Both the position numbers and the translations under genes were made by a program. Positions 59,141-64,000 of a stretch of DNA of 64,000 nt are shown here, piece by piece (positions within the stretch are counted from its first letter, which is position 1; every line of letters begins with the position of its first letter). The notes below the pieces were generated by a model. It saw nothing but the letters and a program-made list of their open reading frames with translations. It was not told where the DNA came from and searched no databases. The stretch comes from Bacteroidota bacterium. GTDB lineage: Bacteria > Bacteroidota > Bacteroidia > Flavobacteriales_D > Sanyastnellaceae. The stretch is taken from NCBI GenBank assembly GCA_039798325.1, contig JBDKGG010000002.1, forward strand, positions 4,640 to 68,639, in the 5' to 3' direction.

Positions 59141-59235
59141 CCGGCTATCCGTTTCAAGTCCTCGGGCAGCTGCGCCGCCCTGCGGGCTTTCCACTGCTAT
59201 CCGGGGTATGGCGTCCCTATTCGGGTATATCCGTC
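59141..59235. repeat. GC-rich intergenic element with reiterated CTATCCG(G) motifs
   Basis: Positions 59161..59220 are 41/60 G+C in an otherwise roughly 40% GC context. The motif ctatccg / ctatccgggg-tat / ctattcgggtat / atatccg recurs four times. No ORF is credible here. Confidence 0.3.
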
Positions 59236-59249
59236 TTTGACTGATTTTT

Positions 59250-59939
59250 TTAAAAACCAAAACCAATGTTCAGGTCACGCTGCACTTGTTCAATGGCTGG
59301 ACTTTTTCCTTGACTGTCCAAGTATTTCAAAGCAAACTGGGCAATGTCATTTCGATTCCATTGGTCCATGTTACAATCAAAAATTTGCAACAGCGCTTTA
59401 AGATCCTTCTGCGACAATTTTGCCCTCTTTTCTGCATCGTAAAGAAAAACCGAAATGACCGCTAGGGAGGCAAGAGAGGGTTTGGTCAACAAATCTTTGA
59501 GTGATGGATCGGCATCAATCAAACTCCAAATGGCGGGCAACAAGGAGGTCGATTGATTATTGCTTTGGTATTTCTCGACAGCATTTTTCAAACAAATACG
59601 CAAATCGTGCTCATCCCAAGGCTTGGCCACGTAACGATAAATCTCCCCCTTATTGATGGCATTCACCACGGCTTCAATATCTGCATAACCCGTCACCAAG
59701 ATGCGCACGGATCGAGGGAAATCAGGCAGAATCATTTCAAAAAATTCTACTCCTGAAATGTCAGGCATTTTCTGATCGGACAAAATCACTGGAACCTCAT
59801 GCTGATTGAGATACTCCACTGCTTCTCGTGCAGAGGTAGTGGTAAAAACATCATACTCTCTTCTGAACAATGCCTTGAAAGCTACCAGGTTATTTTCCTC
59901 GTCATCGAGATAGAGGATTTTAATTTTTTCTTCGCTCAT
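59250..59939 (-). CDS. response regulator: receiver domain + unassigned roughly 100-aa C-terminal domain
   Basis: The receiver is ILYLDDEENNLVAF...ILSDQKMPDISG...AKPWD. The C-terminal part has no motif I recognise. ATGA overlap with the kinase gene. Confidence 0.85.
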   Translation of the reverse strand: MSEEKIKILYLDDEENNLVAFKALFRREYDVFTTTSAREAVEYLNQHEVPVILSDQKMPDISGVEFFEMILPDFPRSVRILVTGYADIEAVVNAINKGEIYRYVAKPWDEHDLRICLKNAVEKYQSNNQSTSLLPAIWSLIDADPSLKDLLTKPSLASLAVISVFLYDAEKRAKLSQKDLKALLQIFDCNMDQWNRNDIAQFALKYLDSQGKSPAIEQVQRDLNIGFGF

Positions 59940-62008
59940 AGATCTTTATGATTTGTATTTAAAGGCAATAAAATGGTAAAACTGGTTCCTTTGTTCCATT
60001 CGCTATCAATGCGGATATCACCTCCATGTTCTTGAACAATGCCGAGAACGATGGAGAGACCCAATCCGGTTCCCTCTCCCACTTGTTTGGTCGTAAAGAA
60101 GGGGTCAAAAATCTTTTTACGCACCTCTTCTTTCATTCCTGTTCCATTGTCTTTAATGACAATCTTAACGTTATCATTTTCCTTTGTGGTGGACACATCG
60201 ACCAAGCGTTCTTGAATGGTGCGATTATCCATTTTGGTGGCATGCACGGCGTTGGAAATCAGGTTCATGAGGACTTGATTCAACTTACCGGGGTAGCAAT
60301 GAATTTGGGGCAGAGCCAAATCCAGGTGGGTCGTGAGGGTGACTTCTTTCGAGGTGATGTTTTTCATCACCATCAAAGTTGAAGTGATGCATTCATTGAC
60401 ATCGGCAAGGACCAGGGCGTCTCTGTCCATTCGGGAGAAAACGCGGAGGGACCTCACGATATCAGCGGTTCTTTTGGACCCTTCATCAATTCCTTGGAGG
60501 AGTTGATAGATTTCTTTTTGGAGATAGTCGACGTCCAATTCTTTGTATTTGAGTTGAAGGGCGTTCCATTTGGATTGCAGGTCCGTAACAGGGAGGTTGG
60601 GGTTGATTTCAGCGATGATTTCGATCAACTCATCGACATCGCGTTTAAGGGGTTGAACATTGGAGCGGACAAAGTTGACGGGGTTATTGATTTCATGGGC
60701 TATACCTGCCGTCATTTGCCCGAGGGAGGCCAGTTTCTCAGATTCAACGAGTTGTTTTTGGGTCAACTGCAGGTTGGAGAGGGTTTGTTCTAGGTTATGA
60801 TTGGCGGAAGTGATTTCGCGGGTTCTGGATTCGACTTCTTTTTCCAAAAGGGCATTTTGCTCATGAATCAGGCGTTGATTCTCCTCCATCATCAGGATGG
60901 CTTGAGCTTGTGAGGCTTCCTTCTCTCTTTTGAGGATATTAATCCGATCGGCCAGCGCGAGAGAGAGGAGGATGGCTTCTATAGCGGAACCAATTGGCAT
61001 AGCATAATTCGTGACGGCGTTAAATGGAATCAGTCCTAGATTTCGTAAGGCATACATTGTAACTCCTACTAGAAAGAACATCCAGGCTATCAAATAATAC
61101 TTCGCTGGTCTATATCCACCTTTTATGGCTCTGAGCGCTGCAGGAATCAATATTAACGCACATGCTGCATTAAAATTAATAATGTATTGAGATAATGTAG
61201 CGAAATCAAAAAACAGTAAAACTAATGCGACAAAATATGATGCTAAAAAAATATTCAATAATTTATGAATTGTATTAGAGTAAAGCTTTGTTCTAATAAA
61301 ATCTATTGAAAAAATCACTGTAGCTATACCACTCAAAATAGGTATAAAACTCGACATAAATTGACTAATAGATCCGGAATTTGGCCAAAAATACTTATCG
61401 GCATAGCCACTAATTACAAATTGAGTAAGTAAAACAGTGCCTACATAAAAAACATATCTGAGATAGGTCTTGTCTTTAACTGTCCAATAAATGAATATAT
61501 TGTACAATATCATCACCACCATTATTCCCAAATAAAAAAAATAGAAAGACCTCTTGGTTATTTCAGCCTTTATAAAATCTAAAAAATCATAATGAACCTT
61601 TATTGGAATTATTAATTGTTCATCGCTGCTTGCTTTAAAATAAAATGTCGATTTGCCATCTAAATTTGGTAATTGAAAACTATAACCCGTATTGTCTAAA
61701 AACGAAGGGTATTTTTGACCCCCTTCATAGATTTTTACTCGAAATGTTGAATCCTTGTAAACCACAAATTCATCTAATAGAGAATTATCTATTTGAATGG
61801 TGAACATGCCAACTGACAAATCCAAATTGTTTATTGCAATCTTACCATAACAAGTATCATTACTTATTCCAAGGCTCAATGTGTTCCCATTAAACTTTTT
61901 AAATTCAATATCCGACCTTAAACCCCTGTAATATTCTATACTAATATCTTGACAATGGAATATATGCGACGATAGGATAATAAATAATACAGAAAACAAT
62001 TTTTTCAT
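59936..62008 (-). CDS. 7TMR-DISM-type sensor histidine kinase
   Basis: 690 aa. It has a signal peptide, a roughly 150-aa extracellular beta-rich domain and 7 TM helices ([32 protein letters not shown]). These are followed by a coiled coil, an H-box ([13 protein letters not shown]) and N/G boxes (GTGLGLSIV). Confidence 0.87.
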   Translation of the reverse strand: MKKLFSVLFIILSSHIFHCQDISIEYYRGLRSDIEFKKFNGNTLSLGISNDTCYGKIAINNLDLSVGMFTIQIDNSLLDEFVVYKDSTFRVKIYEGGQKYPSFLDNTGYSFQLPNLDGKSTFYFKASSDEQLIIPIKVHYDFLDFIKAEITKRSFYFFYLGIMVVMILYNIFIYWTVKDKTYLRYVFYVGTVLLTQFVISGYADKYFWPNSGSISQFMSSFIPILSGIATVIFSIDFIRTKLYSNTIHKLLNIFLASYFVALVLLFFDFATLSQYIINFNAACALILIPAALRAIKGGYRPAKYYLIAWMFFLVGVTMYALRNLGLIPFNAVTNYAMPIGSAIEAILLSLALADRINILKREKEASQAQAILMMEENQRLIHEQNALLEKEVESRTREITSANHNLEQTLSNLQLTQKQLVESEKLASLGQMTAGIAHEINNPVNFVRSNVQPLKRDVDELIEIIAEINPNLPVTDLQSKWNALQLKYKELDVDYLQKEIYQLLQGIDEGSKRTADIVRSLRVFSRMDRDALVLADVNECITSTLMVMKNITSKEVTLTTHLDLALPQIHCYPGKLNQVLMNLISNAVHATKMDNRTIQERLVDVSTTKENDNVKIVIKDNGTGMKEEVRKKIFDPFFTTKQVGEGTGLGLSIVLGIVQEHGGDIRIDSEWNKGTSFTILLPLNTNHKDL

Positions 62009-62751
62009 TTTGATAAACTATATTCTATTGTAAGGTTTACTTTATTTCTTGACTCTTCAACAATTTGGTTAGGATTGCTTGACAACGACTGTATTCTTAA
62101 TTTCTCATTCTCATCTGAATTGGCTAGTTCTTGAAGAGCATCTTGAATCGTAATATGTGCATTTTGCTTAGCCCCTTCGTAATAAAGAATTCCATTTTCA
62201 CCTATCCCTTTTACTAAACTGAAACCAAAATTAGAGGCCATTTTAAATGAATGAACTGAGCACAGTGCTAAAATCTGATCAAAACCAAGTCTAGTAGCAA
62301 CAGCTAATGCAGATCTAATACTGTATACACTCCCTATTCCCAAGCCTGCAACCGCAACTGAATTCCATAATCCACAAAGCTCTCCAAATTTCTTTCCTGC
62401 TCTTTGGTTTACATATTCATCTATCTTCGGATCTAAATAAGAAATTGCTGATTGCACTGGGAGAGGTCTTCCCTTGTTAGCCTCTTCGATACGAGCTCCA
62501 CCATAAATTTTCCTGCCATCCTCTGATTCGACAATAACAACATGGACAAATTCAGATGTCATCCAATCCTCCTTAGAGGACGAAACCTGAAAGCCAAAAG
62601 ACCTCAGTACATCAAGATGTCCCTCTTGAAATTTCATACAAGAATCTAGATCATCAATTGCCTTGAATGATCGTATCCGAATAAATTCAACCCTTTCCCT
62701 TGAATTCTCGAGTAATTGCGTTATGTCAACTGATTTGTGACTCAATGTCAA
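62005..62751 (-). CDS. hypothetical protein, GNAT (acyl-CoA N-acyltransferase)-like fold suspected
   Basis: 248 aa. The pattern HVVIVESEDGRKIYGGARIE ... LWNSVAVAGLGIGSVYSIRSALAVATRLGFDQILALCSVHSFKMASNFGF resembles GNAT beta4-(G-x-G)-alpha3-beta5-alpha4. The TTG start overlaps the upstream gene by 26 nt, and the next ATG is at 62637. ATGA overlap with the kinase gene. Confidence 0.45.
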   Translation of the reverse strand: MTLSHKSVDITQLLENSRERVEFIRIRSFKAIDDLDSCMKFQEGHLDVLRSFGFQVSSSKEDWMTSEFVHVVIVESEDGRKIYGGARIEEANKGRPLPVQSAISYLDPKIDEYVNQRAGKKFGELCGLWNSVAVAGLGIGSVYSIRSALAVATRLGFDQILALCSVHSFKMASNFGFSLVKGIGENGILYYEGAKQNAHITIQDALQELANSDENEKLRIQSLSSNPNQIVEESRNKVNLTIEYSLSK

Positions 62752-63802
62752 AATAGATTCGTTGACTTTTTAGCGATTGCCCCAAAAGTATCTTTCTAGC
62801 CGCAGCACATGCAGAACCTCCCCCAATAATTACGTCACTTGCTAATTGTGGCCATGACCTTAATTCAGTGCCTACTTTTGACATTGATAAACGTCCTCTC
62901 TCTGAAACCTTTGAAAAGTCTATACACCGCATTAATACATCACGACTCGTCAAGATATTTCTGTCAATACCTTCCAACATTCCATGTAATAATGGGTAAT
63001 TAGGATCCAAATCATATCTTTCAATATCCAGAACACTCCTATCGCTTGTTTCCATAACAACCGGTACTGACTTTTCTCTGGCTTGCTCACGAATCAATAA
63101 TTTAATAAAACCATTATCGCATTCATCTATTACCAAATCCAACTTTCCTTTTTCGTTATCGAAGAAATAATCAATATTATCACCCGAGACTCCATCATTA
63201 AAAATCTCTACTTTCAAATATGGATCTAGCTCTAAGACTTTACGTTTCGCTATTACAGCCTTATTACTTTCCAAATCGAAAATGGAATGAAATATCCTGT
63301 TCAGATTACTCAAATCCAATGTGTCAAAGTCTGCTATACGAATAGTGCCCGCAATTCTCTCTAATGCAATTGACATCAAGACAGAATATCCGACGGACAA
63401 ACCAACAATACCAATCGTTTTATTCAACAAACTATTTTGCTCTTCTTCGGTAATTTTATCCCTATTTCTGATTGTCCTTAAAAAAACAAAATCCTCTTCG
63501 TCCAAAATTCTAACAAGGTTTTTTCTCCAAGGATAATAAATCCAAACACCATTGACTCTCGTAACTTTCTCACTCAACAACTCGTTTCTTTTCCTAGAAA
63601 AATCTAAAGAAAATCTATCACTCAAATTAGGGAACTTATTCAAGGTTAACTCATCTAACATTCCATCTAATAAATCTACTTTCAGAATATCATTTGAGTT
63701 GAATAGACTCAGGAATTGATCAGAATCGTGGTGATAAAAAAGTACAACATTCTCTTCCATACGTAATAACTCAAATATCCAATATTCAAGTTCTATTTTC
63801 AT
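62726..63802 (-). CDS. E1/ThiF-like adenylyltransferase-fold protein (resembles the ThiF half of Rv1355c/MoeY-type proteins) with a roughly 125-aa N-terminal extension
   Basis: 358 aa. The nucleotide-binding region is KTIGIVGLSVGYSVLMSIAL...IRIADFDTLDLSNLNRI (DxDxxxxSNLNR). No CxxC zinc pairs are present. The gene is AT-rich. Confidence 0.65.
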   Translation of the reverse strand: MKIELEYWIFELLRMEENVVLFYHHDSDQFLSLFNSNDILKVDLLDGMLDELTLNKFPNLSDRFSLDFSRKRNELLSEKVTRVNGVWIYYPWRKNLVRILDEEDFVFLRTIRNRDKITEEEQNSLLNKTIGIVGLSVGYSVLMSIALERIAGTIRIADFDTLDLSNLNRIFHSIFDLESNKAVIAKRKVLELDPYLKVEIFNDGVSGDNIDYFFDNEKGKLDLVIDECDNGFIKLLIREQAREKSVPVVMETSDRSVLDIERYDLDPNYPLLHGMLEGIDRNILTSRDVLMRCIDFSKVSERGRLSMSKVGTELRSWPQLASDVIIGGGSACAAARKILLGQSLKSQRIYFDIESQIS

Positions 63803-63864
63803 ATGAATGTTTTTTGTATTTTAACAGCGTAAAGTTGAAACCTTAATTAAAACCCATCCCACCA

Positions 63865-64000
63865 ATGGAAAAATTAACTGACTCCAAAAACGGAGCTCTT
63901 TCGTTTCCTTCATGGAAACAAGTCATTTCAGAATTGCTAATTTTTGAAAGTAAATTCTCTCCTCACCTTACAATGCCTGTTGGCCAATTCTTGGGTCAAT
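63865..64000 (+). CDS. hypothetical protein, 5' fragment (runs off window)
   Basis: An open frame from the ATG at 63865 reads MEKLTDSKNGALSFPSWKQVISELLIFESKFSPHLTMPVGQFLGQ. It is divergent from the E1-like operon. No motif was recognised. Confidence 0.3.
   Translation, partial: MEKLTDSKNGALSFPSWKQVISELLIFESKFSPHLTMPVGQFLGQ

Noticed and set aside
59078-59401. A 107-aa plus-strand ORF spanning the terminator, the GC-rich element and the 3' end of the response-regulator gene.
   Set aside because: It starts inside the terminator hairpin and crosses the non-coding repeat. It overlaps the well-supported receiver gene in antisense and has no motif support.
63843-63857. A four-codon mini-ORF, ATG GGT TTT AAT TAA (MGFN*), lies on the minus strand 40 nt upstream of the E1-like gene. 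It ends in Asn like MccA, the heptapeptide substrate of the ThiF-like MccB in microcin C clusters. A GNAT gene downstream is reminiscent of MccE immunity.
   Set aside because: - Four codons is shorter than any known MccA-type precursor, and such an ORF is expected by chance in AT-rich DNA.
- The E1-like protein lacks the CxxC zinc pairs of MccB.
- No exporter is present.
- It is worth re-examining only if homologous loci conserve a short Asn-terminal ORF here.

Overview
This 64 kb window looks like a chromosomal segment of a Bacteroidota genome (Flavobacteriia/Cytophagia-like). Support for that comes from the gene content: a PorX-type receiver-PglZ regulator next to tsaE, an IPExxxVDY protein upstream of pyk, the TPR/DUF4292/M23 trio, and the GT2/dihydroorotase/DUF4296 trio. 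TAnnTTTG -7 boxes sit just upstream of several start codons, and many genes overlap at their stop and start codons. All protein-family calls are motif recognition by eye on the supplied translations. No search was run.

Most of the window is densely packed housekeeping genes: maeB (partial), uvrC, PBP1A, CoA-transferase A/B, hflX, tsaE, lspA, ileS, pyk, metG, asd, rsmA, fbp, pyrC and panD. I saw no rRNA, tRNA, CRISPR array, transposase or integrase.

Three AT-rich patches look accessory:
- **19.2-21.5 kb:** a UPF0175/DUF3368 toxin-antitoxin pair, a Fic N-terminal remnant that is not in the ORF track, and a compositionally mosaic LamG protein.
- **28.2-33.6 kb:** an ORF6N cassette bracketed by about 82/114 bp direct repeats carrying a variable 8-bp microsatellite, followed by a run of orphan lipoproteins, an HTH gene and a SPOR-domain protein.
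- **About 61.0-64.0 kb:** an AT-rich block that ends inside a histidine-kinase gene.

The best candidate for an undescribed system is the tightly overlapped minus-strand operon at 59250-63802. It encodes an E1/ThiF-like adenylating enzyme, a GNAT-fold protein, a 7TMR-DISM histidine kinase, and a response regulator with an unassigned output domain.

Other oddities:
- a DksA/TraR protein with a roughly 215-aa histone-H1-like K/A/P-rich N-terminus
- a secreted KKEG/CCSK-repeat Cys-rich mini-protein
- a GC-rich repeat element in a 3' intergenic region
- a Cys4 insert in PBP1A
- an amidohydrolase pair with degenerate metal motifs
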